From Fistulifera solaris (lineage: Eukaryota), in the NCBI GenBank assembly GCA_030295235.1, contig AP026124.1, positions 1,178,001 through 1,242,000 of the forward strand: DNA of 64,000 bases. The letters are read 5' to 3'. Each line of letters begins with the position of its first letter. Positions within the stretch are counted from its first letter, which is position 1. The notes under the pieces were generated by a model. It did no database searches, was not told where the DNA came from, and saw nothing but the letters and a program-made list of their open reading frames with translations. Below, piece by piece: positions 25,186 through 39,118 of the stretch. A program made the translations under genes and the position numbers.

Positions 25186-26841
25186 GATCTGCGAATGAAT
25201 AACAAAGCGCAAGAGCTGCTTTACCGAATGACTTCAAATGAAAATCGAATGTGCCACGTAAGGCTTATTTGTAAGTTGCTAAACTTACTTCGCAACACGT
25301 TTCCTCGATCTTCGATCCTTCATGTTTTCATGTTCGATCTTCGCACTCATCATTCTAAATGACTGAGAAGTGCAGTCGTGGCGAAATATGGACAACACTT
25401 CGGTCAGTAGTAAAATTCGCTGACGACGTTCCGCAGGTTTTTCGACCCAAAAATATCAATCCGTGTATTACAAACCCTTATTAAGACTATTGCATTGCAA
25501 CAAGGACAAATAGATATCAAGATATTAGCGAACGAACGATTAAAAGCAGCATTGTCGCTCGAAACAGAATATGATTCAGGATTGAAAAGCAGTCGTGGAT
25601 AAGGTAGGAACTACGCTTTGGATAGTACTTATGGCTGGACCTATTTTAGGCATACGGAATTTCTCATAATTTGATTTTTACACTCTTCTGCTGCCTGCCG
25701 CCTCCGGTGTCTACCCCCCGCGTGGAGCTATTTTGGTACAGACCCGTGACCTAGACACCCGGGATCGGTTACGTAAAGTGATACACACATTACCTGGTAA
25801 CACCGCCCGCTATTGCAAACAAATGATAAAGAATAAAGGGTAGATTTTTGGTAATGTACAAGTACCTGGTAGTCTAGTTGATTGATGATTGACGATCAAC
25901 GATCATAGCGTTTTGCCGTGTTAGAGACGATGGCCGGACGACAATAGATCGAAACAAGATCTGACAGTGACCACGTCACCAAAATTTTCGCTGAAAGCGT
26001 GGAAGGTTGGAGTTGTGATGTGGCACGTGGCTCATTAAGTCTTCTTGTCGCAACGGTGGAGGAAAGCCGACCTCGTGGTCAGACCAGCGTGAAAAATGTG
26101 TTTGGATGGCTGTGAGAGGTCTAAATTAGTGACCGTGCGAACTGTCAAGACGGCCGAAAGATACTCTCAGAAGTAGAGCAAAAACTGTTCCGGTGTCGTC
26201 ATCATTTTTCGTCTCTATTTACTATCGAATTTTATGTACAATCCATGCCGCTAACGACGAATGACACGAAACGCACGAAGTTTGCGCTTCTTAATCCTCA
26301 TCGCGCACAATTTTCGAATCTCAGAGCTTCGAAAAGACACAAAACCAAAATTTACCTCAAAAACATAATTGATGTAAGTCAAGGGTGTGAAGCTTGGGAC
26401 GATAGTTTCAAGCCATGGTGTTCAAGTTGCCTGCGTAATAGAGGGAGAGCTACCGTACTTTTCCTCCTGCCATGAAGTTGTGTCGAATGATTCAGCGCGA
26501 CCCACAAAAGAAATGGCCACGAGTTCGACGAACCTTCTGGTTGGACCAGAATTGAGCAAATCAAGCTATACATGGAGTGGTTGCTGTCAGATGTGTGCTT
26601 GAATTATTCTATATTGTAAGCGTGTGCACGAATGAAGGCGTTTGGTTTGCCGTTTAATGCAAATCGCTGACGTCTCGAGCTATTCGAAGCGCTGATATGT
26701 TATTCATGCTACGGTTTCTTGGTCGCTGTTTGAGAACTATGCGTTGTTTCGATGTACCTTGCCCTCTTGTCTTCTCATAATCCTGCTTCAACTCATTGAA
26801 CTCCAGCTTTCGCTTTCATAGCCTATTCTTCAGCCGTCAAG

Positions 26842-28270
26842 ATGAAGTTTGTCAAAAGCGCTGTAGTTTTTCTGTTATGTACAGGCTTTAGTGCTGAAGC
26901 GCTATTGACCAATCCGATTAAGACGTCTTCGTCAGGCAACCCGATGTAAGTTACTTGTCGTCATAGAGGTCTTGAGACGATTCAACGCGTTGTTGGCAAT
27001 TCTGTTTCGGCTCAATCTCACTAAAGTCGATTTTCTTTTAAGCCTGACTGACCGTGCATACGTAACTCGCGATATCAAGACACCTGATCCTATACCAGAG
27101 GAAGGTCAGCTTGCCGCTCTTGAGCTAATGAAGACCGGCCGCCTTTACCGATACAACGTTGCTAGCGCTGAGAAAAGTGTGGTCAGTCAGTGTGAGAAAG
27201 ATATTGCTGACTACACTGGGCATAAGTACTGCGTCGCTCTGAACTCTTGTGGATCTGCTCTCATGCTTCTATTGAAGACGACTGGATTGAAACATGGAGG
27301 AAAGGTTCTTAGCAACGCCTTCACCTTTGGCGCTGTTCCAAGTGCAATTGAGCACGCTGGTGGCAAGGCCGTGTACGTGGAATCGACGATGGATATGGTC
27401 ATGGATACCGAAGACATGGAAAAGAAGCTAAAAGAAAACCCAGACTGCAAACACGTTCTCATTTCTCACATGCGTGGAAAGGTCGCCGACATGAATACCA
27501 TTAAGGCCCTATGTGACAAATACGATGCGATTCTTTTAGAGGATTGCGCTCACTCTCTTGGAGTCCGTTACGATGGAAAGCACAGTGGGCATGTAGGAGT
27601 GGCTTGTGCTGTTAGCAGTCAGTCTTATAAAATGATTAACTCTGGTGAAGGCGGCTTCTTGCTTACCGACGACGCGGACATCGCCGCGCAGACTGCTGTC
27701 TACGCCGGTGCTTACGAGGGGCTTTCAGCAAAGCACTTGACCGTACCCGACCAGGCTGCGTTCAAAGATTACCCCGTTACTCTTCCTAACTATTCCATTC
27801 GCATGTCCAGCCTCGCTGCTGCCGTCATCCGACCTCAAATTAGAACTCTTGATGAAAGAATCGAGAAATACAATAACCGTTACTACAAGCTCGTCGCTCA
27901 GCTGGAAAAGCACGTTGGAGACCACATGAGCATCCCGAAGCTGACTCCCGAAGTTGACTTGATGGTTCACGATTCTCTTCAGTTCAACCTCGACGAAAAG
28001 TTCACTCCCGAAATGATCGAGGAGTTTTTGGCGGAATGCAGTGCACACGGTCTTCCTGTCGAACTCTTCGGCCACAAGAGCAACGCGAGAAACTTCGTCA
28101 ACTGGGGGTTCGCCCCTGCGACCGAACCACTTCCCAAGACTGCAGCGATGCTTTCGCGTGCGTGCGACGTTCGAATGCCTCTGATGTGGGACGATGAGGA
28201 CTTTGATGACATGGCGAATGTTCTCATTGAAAGCGTGCAAATTGTCCTCGCCAATCATAACATGATGTAA
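26842..28270 (+). CDS. DegT/DnrJ/EryC1/StrS-family PLP-dependent aminotransferase with N-terminal signal peptide
   Basis: ALNSCGSAL, AFTFGAVPSAI, LLEDCAHSLG, SSQSYKMINSGEGG (PLP Lys). Exon 1 26842-26945 encodes MKFVKSAVVFLLCTGFSAEALL; intron 26946-27042. Confidence 0.9.
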
Positions 28271-28776
28271 AGTCATGCCAATATACTCGATTGTTCATAT
28301 TCTTTTATTGTTTCTAGACATAGACTTGAGAGGTATCCAGCCTATCGCCGCAATTGAAATGATATAAATATTTTAAAATGTTTCTCAATAGTTTCAGTCC
28401 ATTCTCCATACTTTATGCAATTCGTAGTGTCAGTGGCGTAGCATCAGTATTACATTTGAACAGACTTGTATTGTATTCTTTCGTCAAAAGTGTTGCGGGT
28501 GCACTGTGAAAACTATGAGACTCATGACTGAATTGCAGTCGTGGCGAAATGTCGTCTACACTAGCGGCTATAGTAACGTTTTCGATCTTGATTTTTCGCA
28601 AACGCTGATCAATATTTCTCGTGCACTTTTCATTTTTTAAGAGATAGTCTCGACTAGGTTAGGAATCAGTTATTCTTCTAAGCAGCAGTTGGGATACATG
28701 GCTCTCCTCAACAAACGTGTGGGAATCGCAAAAACGGCTCTGTTGACTGTTGAGCTTCAATGTTAACCGTATCCCT

Positions 28777-29931
28777 ATGTTGATGTTGTTTCCTTCGACG
28801 ACGAAACCCATCGCGTTAATTGCGTCTCGCAAAAAAATAAAAAACGGAGTAATAGACATTCAACCGTTATCATTAGCTTCTGTTGTTGTGGTTTTCGTCA
28901 TTAATCTAGAAGAATGTCGGGGAGAGTCGATTGCAATCCGGACGCAACAATTTATTGTTTGAACGGAGGATATTGCACCCAGGGAGATTTTTTGGGGTGC
29001 CGTTGTACCGGTGGTTATTCAGGCCAACACTGTGAAATTGATCCTCCTCCGTGTACTTTAGAATGCTCGAATGGAGGCGTATGTACAACAGGAGACTCAC
29101 GGCACAACTTTGAGTGGCCAGGAGAGAAGCCCGAGGATGGTATATTTTGTTCGTGCCCGAAAGGTTTTGGCGGATTCTATTGCGAGTACGAAGCTGACAT
29201 CTGCGGAAATTACCACCACGTCTGTCTGCATGGTACAAAGTGTCAAAGAAACGATGAAACAAATAGCTACAGTTGTGTTTGCGACAAAACAAGCGAGCGA
29301 TGTATAGAGAAACTTGAAACTCAATTTTGCATGCCTGCGACCGATATAGCTTTGATCGGCTTAGATGTTGTAGAATACTACGGAGGGATGGCTGTTCCAT
29401 CGTTCTGCATGAATGGTGGAAAATGTAAAGCCATTTTTATTGACGGAGACTGGTACGTATGAGTAAGACCCGCTGTGTACAACACGCCCTCCTAACTCAC
29501 CAATATGCTTTCATGCAATTCAAAGGCATTCCGCATGCGAGTGTCTTCCACTTTTTACGGGCCCTCACTGCGAGTACATTCGAACTAGTAATGAGATTAG
29601 AATAGCAGGTAATGCAATCTACGGCTTTGATGACGAAGCTAAGACACGGAAGGCTCTAGGGGGATTGCTAGCGGTTGTCGCAACCTGTCTTGCCGTGGGG
29701 ATAATACTCTGTGCGAGACAAGTCAGGCGCATCATCAAACGACACAACCAACCGGCCGCACAAATCAGTCTGCAAGGGTTTCGAAAGAAGTACGATGAAG
29801 ATGAATTTTTTGGTGCTTTGTCTCCCAACGGGAATATGCTTTTCCCTGGCTTTAATGGTGGACGTACTTTTGATGACCGAGAGACTGAGCAAGAAGAAGT
29901 TATCAATTTATCGGATGTCTTTCTGCATTAG
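28777..29931 (+). CDS. EGF-like repeat single-pass membrane protein, paralog 2; start uncertain
   Basis: CLNGGYC, CSNGGVC, CSCPKGFGGFYCE, FCMNGGKC; intron 29453-29525; TM GLLAVVATCLAVGIILCA followed by RQVRR. A hydrophobic N-terminal stretch is joined by a frameshift at ~28920. Confidence 0.8.
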
Positions 29932-30518
29932 GCCATCGCACAGGAAGATAAGGCATGTGCCAGTATTGGTAAGATACACGTACACGGAGAGAAATGATAA
30001 TATCGCGATAAAACTGGCTTGCCTCGAGTCGAAGAGATTGAATTCAGGAGACGATCTATTTTGCTGCCGCCCTCGACTTTCCGATACGCCGCAAGCCCCG
30101 AAGATTGCTCAGCAGTTGACACTTTGGTTGAACATTATCGATTGGTGAGAGTTTCTTGTGAGAATGAAAAGAAACGAAAGGTGCATTGCGCATTGCTTTT
30201 TATTATTTGCGGTCACGTAGGATTGATCCGGTATTGGAAGGCCTTAATGAAATCTCCCTCCAGCCCATAATAATTTGATTATTTAAATGCTCAAAAGCCG
30301 TTCAAAGTCCGTTGTAAGTGTTTTTACTGATACTTATAGAAAATTAACCGCTGTTTCAGGCACGCGGTCCGGTGTTGCCTCTCCGTGGGTTGGCTTTTTT
30401 CTGCCCTCCGCACTTCCTTCGAAGTGCGCGCCAGAAAAACAAACGCGACGAAGAAACCACAACCAATCCCCACACAAGGAATATTATCCAAGCCTTAGCA
30501 ATCTCGTGCCAAACAGCA

Positions 30519-32620
30519 ATGATGAAGGCACGCCACACACTTATAACGTTCTTCGTTTCCGTCTTATCCGCTACAACCGCCCAAGAATGTGATTTGAATT
30601 GTCGAGCACCAGCTACGTGCGTGATCGGCGACCCACCGCAACGCGACCCGCGCTGGGATTATGTGGAAGGAATGTATTGTTCGTGTCCGGAAGAATGGAC
30701 GGGAACATATTGCGAAATACCTTTTGTGGAATGCGAGGGTGAACACATTTGTTACAATGGTGGACGTTGCATACCAGGTCTTGCACAATCCTACGACGCT
30801 AGCGACCTGTTTTGCAATTGCGAGAATGCGTACGATGAATCGGGGAATCGTTACGTCGGAAAGCACTGCGAACAGCTGGTTACAACATACTGTTCACCCG
30901 GGAAGACCTTATTTTGTGTGAACGGTGGCGTTTGCAACCCGAATTTCCCGTAAGTTTGCCAGGCCATTTCCTGTGTCTCGTCAACTCCTTCTTTTCGCTA
31001 ACGGTGCTTATCATTTCATCAGTGGATCGGGGGAACCATGCGATTGCCCTCCAGCACTATTTGGAGAGCATTGTGAATACGAGAGACAATCAATTCCGGA
31101 TCTGGAGTGCAACTTGGACTGTCTCAACGGCGGGCAGTGCGTTTTGGGCGAGTCACCGATCGAGGATGTGGACGAAGATGGCTTTCATAACTACTTGGCT
31201 ACCAACAAAACCGACAATCAATACTGTTCTTGCCCCACTGACTATGACGGAGAGTTTTGTGAGGTTTATCGTCAACCTTGCGGAGAACATTTCTGCTTCA
31301 ACGGAGGAACGTGCATAGAAAGTGATATTGAAGGGCAACTTATATTCTTCTGCGACTGTTCAACCGCGGCCACAGACAGTGCTGACTATGCAGGGAGATT
31401 TTGTCAGTTTAAGGCGACTTCCTATTGTACGAAAAATGCAGGTATCAATGAAAATTTATTCTGCGTGAACAATGGGAGGTGTAGAGATATCGCATCGCAG
31501 GGTTGTGATTGTGACGACCCATTTTCTGGATTTTCGTGCGAGTTTGTTACCGAAGGAGCAACCACCAACAGCACTAACGATCCATTTCCTGCAATGCCCG
31601 CTGATCCCGAGGTTACTACGGAATGCGACATTGATTGTCAAAATGGGGGCGTTTGTCGACACGGCACTAAGGACCTGGGAATATTAGGGAATATCGCAGG
31701 AAATGACACACATCTCAACGAAACTCATACTGAGGACTACAAACATTGTGTTTGTCCGGATGGTTTCGTGGGATTGTATTGTGAGGAGAAAGCTCAGCTT
31801 TGTGGCGAAGGTGAGCACATCTGTCTTCATGGAAGTTCGTGCGTCAAGTACGGCGACGAACACTATTGCGATTGTGCCGACGCGTCCAGCACGAAATCAC
31901 AAACGGGGCTGTTTTCAGGTGCAAGTTGCGAGCACCCGGTGAACGATGTTTGTACAGTCAAGTACCCGGGACCGGGACAGCCTCTCCTTTTTTGTGTCAA
32001 TGGCGGATCCTGCAAAAACTTGTCAACTTCGGGGAACCGTAAGTAGCTTTTGAAACCTTGATGCTTTGGTGCGGTATTGGAAGGCTCATATGCTTTTTTT
32101 TTCTAGGCACCCGGGTTGTAATTGTGTTGATGGATTTGGAGGTCAGCACTGCGAAATATCTTCGGAATCCAATGTTCTCCCTCCTAATGTGGATGTACCA
32201 GTAGATCCTGCTGTTCCGGACCACGGTCAAAATGAATTACAGACGAAAGATACGTCACGGTCCGGTAAACGAATTATACTCATCCTTTTGTTGCTCGCTC
32301 TCGTTTCGGCGATTCCATTGACTTTCTTTCACATCGTACCCTACGTCCGCCGAAGACGACGACGAAAGACAGTCGGTAACAACATAAGGTGGGCATCAAA
32401 CTATCAAGACGACCCAGCTGAAATCAATCTTGCTCCCAGAAGGAGTTCATCATTGATTTTCGATCAGTATTCGTCGAGCACTGATCCTTTCGTAACTCAC
32501 CTTGGCTCGCTAATACAAACTCACGAAGAGGATGAGGACGAGGAACCAGAACCACAGGTATTCATCGGCCCACCTCGCGATGAAGATGGTCATGTGCTGC
32601 ATAACGTTGATATTATTTAA
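30519..32620 (+). CDS. EGF-like repeat single-pass membrane protein, paralog 3
   Basis: Signal peptide MMKARHTLITFFVSVLSATTA; many EGF-like modules; TM IILILLLLALVSAIPLTFFHIV followed by RRRRRRK. Introns 30950-31022 and 32039-32106; frameshift at ~32015. Confidence 0.88.
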
Positions 32621-33171
32621 CGCGCTTATTACTTCTCCTAACTCTTGCGCCCATACATTGCTTCATGTTAGTGTGATGTAGTTCGAAAATCGGCCGGAAA
32701 TTCAAACCCCCTCCTTTCTGGTGACGGCTATATATTTTTCACAGATTACCTACTGCACAAGGTTTACCTAATATAAACGGAGCATAGAGTCTTAGACAAA
32801 TGCCAAGCTCCATTGTAATGAGGTCGCTATCTACGAAACTTTAGAACTCCTCTAGACCTTATCCTTCATCCTTAACTCCAAGGCTGTTTTTTACTTAGAG
32901 GATGTTCAGTCACATCCTACTTCATCTAGGATACTATTTATGTATTAAAGGGTAATCTGGAATTCTAGACAATGCGGAGTACCAGAAGACAGTACACTGC
33001 ACTTATTTGTACCAAATCATGTTGCAGGTTCGGTCAAACTCATCGCGCACAAGTGCGTGCATCGTGCATGCCGCCGCACCGCATCGAATGCGAAAAACCC
33101 CAAGCCGTCTTTTGGTATTCAAGCACTTCAAATCGGTCTTAATTTGGGGATACCGTGGTCAATTACAAAAC

Positions 33172-36100
33172 ATGTCATCCCAGGCACGAGGTCTTCATAA
33201 CTTCATTTCTGAACTAAGAAATGCAAAAAGCAAGGTAAGTTGACAATTCATCTTTGATTGTTTGGCTTGTCACGGTCGTCCGTTACGTTGGTCCAAAGTC
33301 TTCACTGATTGTGCGACATCTTGCACCAATCAAAATATGTTATTCATATGGAGAGTGAGACCAAGTGTATGATTTGTGTCGTACCGTGCGAAAGGGCATT
33401 GCTGCTTGAAATAATTGACCTGCGACAATCATGTGCATTAGATTCAATTGTCAGAAGAAGAAGAAGCTGACCCTTTTGACGACCGATTTGTACCATGAAA
33501 TTCAACAGGAAGATGAAAAACAGCGAGTTGATAAGGAATTGGCTAACATTAGGAAGCAGTTCATGCCGAAAGGGGGAAAATTGAACGACGATGGTAGCAA
33601 CCCTGCTTTGAACACTTACAAACGAAAGAAGTATGTTTGGAAACTCGTGTACATCCACATTCTTGGATATGAAGTTGACTTCGGTCACCCTGAAGTCCTT
33701 GTTCTTGTGCGATCCTCTAAATATGGTGAAAAGAATGTTGGTTATACAGCGCTAAGCCTCTTGATGCGAGGTGACGATCCGATGATGAACAGTATCAGGA
33801 GTGATATTGTCAAGGATTTGACAAAACCAACCGCGGCTGGGAAAAGTAACGCCCCTCCTGACGCTGCACAGGCTTTAGCTATTTGTGCTATCGCGAACAT
33901 CACAGGACTTGAACTTATTCAGTCCATGCATATGGAAGTAGTGCAAACTATGGTCGCAAAGTCATCGAGCGCAAACGTGAAAAAGAAAGCTGCATTGTGC
34001 CTACTCAGGCTCGCCCGTACAAACCCAAAACTTGTCACAGGAAAAGATTTTGTGACTCAAATTGCTCAGCTCCTACAAGATCGCCACTTAGGTGTGCTCA
34101 CAAGTAGCATGAGTCTGCTGTACGGACTAGCTTCGCAAGCGCCGAATGAGTACGAAAGCCTTATTCCTTATGCGGTTCATATTCTTGGGATGCTCGTTTT
34201 GAAGAAAGCTTGCGCTCGAGAGTATCTTTACTACCGTACACCTAGTCCTTGGCTTCAAATCAAGTTGCTCAAGTTTCTCCAGCTTTATCCGCATGCTCTC
34301 GCGCAAGCGGGAGACAGTAGCACCTCCCCAGAGACATCTCCTGCTAGTGGCAGTGCTCATATCTCACAGCTGACAAATATTATTTCAAAGATTCTAACGG
34401 AAACAGATGTTTCTGACTCAATCAACAAGTCGAACGCTGATCACGCAGTCCTTTTCGAAGCCGTGAATCTCATTATTTGCTGGGGATCCACGAGCCAACA
34501 AGCGCTTAGAGACGGAGCAATGAAGCTACTAGGGAAATTCATTTCGGTCAGAGAACCAAATATTCGATATCTTGGGCTGATGACGATGGCTAAGTTAGCT
34601 CAACTCGAAGGAAGTGGAGAGTCGATCAAAAAGCACCAGGCGACCGTTTTGGTTTCTTTGAAAGATGCGGATATTAGTGTCCGACGTCGCGCGCTAGATC
34701 TCTTGTTTGTCATGTGTGATACCGATAACGCTGAACGAATCGTAGATGAGCTTGTTGCACATCTGGTGATAGCGGACGCTGCCATCAGAGAAGAAATGGT
34801 TTTGAAAATCGCAATTTTGGCCGAAAAGTACGCCACTGACTTGCGTTGGTACGTTGATACGATTCTTAAGCTAATTTCTATCAGTGGCGATCATGTCAGC
34901 GATGCGATTTGGCACCGCGTTGTACAGATCGTTACCAACCACCCCCAAGGTGACCTTCAAGCGTACACAGCTGCAACTCTTCTGGTCGCTGCAAGTCCCC
35001 GTCGCTGCCACGAAACCACTGTTCGAGTGGCAGCCTATATACTCGGCGAATTCGGATTTCTGATAGCTGAACGACCCGGCATGAGTGGAGAAGAGCAGTT
35101 TCGCATCCTTCATCAACACTGGACTACTGCCGATCCAGCCACCAGAGCTATTCTTGTCAGCAGTTACGCGAAACTTGCCAATCTTTACGAGGAATGCAGA
35201 CCGCTGGTTGCTCCTGTATTTGCCAAATCAATGAACAATGTTGATGTAGAGATTCAGCAACGATCAGCAGAATACGCGGCGATGAGAGAAGCGTTCAGCC
35301 CTGAAGCGGTCGAGGATCTTCTTCGAGAGATGCCACCTTTTGAAGAGAAGAAACAAAGTGCGCTTGAACAGCGTTTGCGGGAGAAAGAAGGTGACGATAG
35401 TGCCGCCGTCGTCAAGGCAGCTCGGCCTAGTGCAGCAGAGCGTAAGAGGGCTGCACAAAGCGCAGCCGCTCGGGTCGCTGAAGAAACCCAATCTCGACCC
35501 CAAACTGCCGACGAAGGTCCTGCTAGCCCAATGAGAAGTAAGTTTGTTGTACACTAATATGCACCTCTCTGCGAATCTCTCACTCACTGTTCTCTTTTAG
35601 ACGGTGCTACCGGGGGAAGTATTCCTGAATTCGATCGAAGCCAGAAAGTTGGCATCCCAAAAGAAGTCATACCTGCCATGCGAAAGGCTTTCTCCAATCT
35701 TTGCACTTCTCCTTCTGGGGTTTTATTCGAGAACTCGCTTCTTCAAGTTGGCGTGAAACATGAGTATGTTGGTGCTCAGGGAAGAATTTCTGTTTTCTTT
35801 GGAAACTTAAGCAAGGCGCCCTTGTCGCATTTCAGAGCAGATGTCGAAGAACGAGATCATTTGAAGATACAAAAACAAGGGACGCAGGGCTTGCTTGACT
35901 CAGACGAAAACGGTGGATGCACGGTTGCCGTGAGAACACAAGCAAAAATGTTATTGTCAGTAGAAGTGGTGGCCCCTTTCGATGACGCACCTGCGATGCG
36001 CGTGTCCTTCGTAACCGAAGAGGGAGAGTATCACGAGTATCCACTTCGCCTCCCAATTGTTGCTACTTGTTTCATGGAACCGGTGACCTTAGAAGCAGGT

Positions 36101-36466
36101 GCTTTTATGCAGAGATGGAGAAGCTTAGAAGGACAAGAAAGGGAATGCCAGGAAGTTGTAAAAGCTCCCCCCAATGGGCCCGAAATCGATGAAGAGTATA
36201 TGGATCGAATTGCCTCCATCATAACAAACGGTTTGAAGTTTGGACGATGTATTGGGTGCGATCCCACACCATGGACTGTTTCGGGTGCAGCAACCTTTCG
36301 AACAGCCGCCAAAGATATGAATGGAAACAATATTAATGTCGGATGTCTTGTTAGAGTGGAAGCCAACCCACAGGCTGGTGCGTTTCGAGTAACCACACGA
36401 ACACTGCACCCGCTTTGCTCGAAGGCCGTGAAGAATGTTGCACTTGTTAGTATCAAGTTGGCCTAA
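33172..36466 (+). CDS. AP-2 adaptor complex alpha subunit
   Basis: MSSQARGLHNFISELRNAKSK|EDEKQRVDKELANIR, KKYVWKLVYIHILGYEVDFGH, PWLQIKLL, EPNIRYLGL, EEMVLKIAILAEKY; C-terminal appendage domain. Introns 33235-33508 and 35538-35600. Confidence 0.96.
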
Positions 36467-36848
36467 GGATATACTGTAATCCACCACTTTTTGTCTTGAC
36501 CTTTTGATCTTATCTTCGGACCAGGCGGATACTAACAATGTTTTCGGGTGTCCTAGGCCACTCGCCTTAGGAGTAATTACACGGCTAGGCTTGTGTCCGT
36601 TGCCGATTAACCTTAGTCGCCTCACATGCGCCGATATCAATCTTGACTCATGATTGAAATCCAGTCATGACAAAAGGTATCCAACACTTTGGGACTATAG
36701 TAAAAAGCGCAAATTGTCGTCCGTACTGCGTAAGGTTCCGTCTCGACCGCCAACGAAATTTTACGATGCGATTATCGATCACAGAACAAACCATAAATTT
36801 CTTGATAAAGGGCTCTTTGACGGATATATAAACTATTAAAAATCAATT

Positions 36849-39118
36849 ATGAACGTTCAAAAGCGAAACGGTGTTTCAATTTACTGTCTCTCGACGGGAA
36901 CGCAACTACCTGAATGGCTTGGCGAGCAGGCTCGAAGGAATCTTTTCCAAGCGCGACGAATCTGTTCGTCGTCGAATTGAATTAATTCAGGATTTTCAGA
37001 TGCCAGCGTCTTCCTCGCGCATAGTGCAGTCACTAGATGGGAGATATATAATTGCAGCTGGAACGTATCCTCCAAGGATACGGTGCTACGATGTCAATGA
37101 ACTGACTATGAAGTTTGAAAGATACGTAGACGCGGGAATCATCGATATGGTCATGCTTGGCGATGACTACGGAAAAGTAGCTTTATTACGGGAAGACCGT
37201 ACAATCGACTTTCATGCTCCGTATGGGTTTCATGAGTCGATCAAAATACCCACATTTGGGAGGGCGATGGCTTACGAACCCACGACTTGCGAACTATTAG
37301 TGGGTGCCAAGGGTAATCAAATTTATCGGGTCAGTTTAGACGAAGGTCGGTTCAATGAGCCGTGGACGTTTGATGATCTTCCATCATCGGCCACATGCAT
37401 TGCTGTTGATCGTTCTTATCCGCTTGCAAGCGTTGGTTGCGAGGACGGTATAGTTCGTTTTTGGGATAGCCGAACACCCGATTTCTTACAACCGTTCTTG
37501 AAGCTTGATGTCCTAAGTGCAACAACTGGATACGGTTTTGCTGATGAAAATTCATTTACAGACCCAAATGAAATAACATCGATTACCCATGATGCCAGCG
37601 GTATGTATATAGCTGCAGGGACTGGAGGCGGTCTTGTTGCGCTGTATGACGTGAGATCAAGTCGACCACTGCATGTCAAGGAACACAAACTTGGTATGCC
37701 TATACATACTGTGAAGTTTCATTACGGATCTGGAACTATTCTTAGCTCCGATGAGAAGCTAATCAAAATGTGGCGATACAGATCATCGGCTCAAACGACA
37801 AAACAGCCCGCTTTCGAAGAGCGGTTGAATGACGACAATGCAACCGACATTGGGAGAGTTGAAGTGAACATTGAAGCGACAGGCAAGCTGTCGCACTTCA
37901 TCGTGGCTGGTGATGAATCAGATCCTCATGGTGACCGAACTGGGGTCCTGTTATGCGCCACCGATCAACCAAAAATGGAATCTTTCTATCTTCCGAAGCT
38001 TGGTATCGCGCCCAAGTGGTGTTCCTTCCTTGAAAACATTACTGAGGAATTGGAAGAACGGGATCTTCAAAGGGATGGAACACTCACAGGAAACAATCTT
38101 GAAGGGCAGGAAACTGTGTACGATAACTACAAGTTTGTCAGTCGTGATGATGTCGAAAAACTTGGGATTTCAAATCTCGTTGGTACTCCATTACTTCGCG
38201 GATACATGCACGGCTTTTTCATTGATATTAATCTATATAACCGTGTGAAAGCCGTGGCGAATCCATTTGAGTATGAACAGTATCAGCAGAAGAAACTCAA
38301 GGAGCGAATGGACGCCAAGCGGTCCAGTCGAATCGCTCCTCGACCTTCAGAGAAGAAGAGTAAGAGTGCTGTGAATGCTGATCTTGCCGATCGATTGGAA
38401 TACAAGGCCAAAGATTCTACCAAAGCTGGGAAGATTGCAGGAAATATTCTCTCAGATGACCGTTTCGGCAACTTGTTTACGAATCCTGACTTTGAAATCG
38501 ACGAGGAAGATGAAGATTTTAAACTTCGTAACCCTAGTGGCATTGCTGCAGTTAAACGGAAGCAGAACAATTTGGATAGCGACAATTCAGACTCGGAGGC
38601 CGAAGATATTGGTACCAAAGAGAAGCAACTTACGTATCAGGAACACCAATCAGCAATTGAAGCTAGCGACAATGATAGTAACAGCAGTGAAAGCGACGAC
38701 GACACTGGCTTCCGCGGTGGGAAAGTTCGAGGTGAAGCCTATGAAGAGATGAAAGCGTTTGGAAAGAAGAAAATTACGAGCGGACCTAAAGCCGGAACAA
38801 AGAAGACAAAATTGTCCATGTATGAAGCTGAGGATCTCGGTAGCTCAAATGCAGTTCAGCTTGGTCTAGGCGCTGAAAATGCCCAAGAAAAAGACCCAAA
38901 AACGTCTCAACGAGTTGAAAATGCCTCTTTCTAAACGACTCATTTTGCAAGATGATGGGCTAAAGCTCCGAATTGCCAAGGGTTCAAAGGAGGTTACGTT
39001 TACACCAAGTGATGTGAAGAAGAAAGTAGAACGGGAGCAAGCGGAACGAGGCAAGCTCCGTGGTACAGGTGACCGTCGTAGTGCCAAAGGACTTAGCTCC
39101 AAGAAGACATCGAGATAA
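36849..39118 (+). CDS. NOL10: Nucleolar protein 10 / Enp2 (WD40 + NUC153)
   Basis: RRRIELIQDF, GTYPPRIRCYD, LGIAPKWCSFLENITEELEE, YDNYKFV, LRGYMHGFFID, DDRFGNLFTNPDFEID; frameshifts at ~36943 and ~38890. Confidence 0.93.

Noticed and set aside
26245..26602. Short ORFs upstream of the DegT gene
   Set aside because: No recognisable features; probably promoter/UTR sequence.
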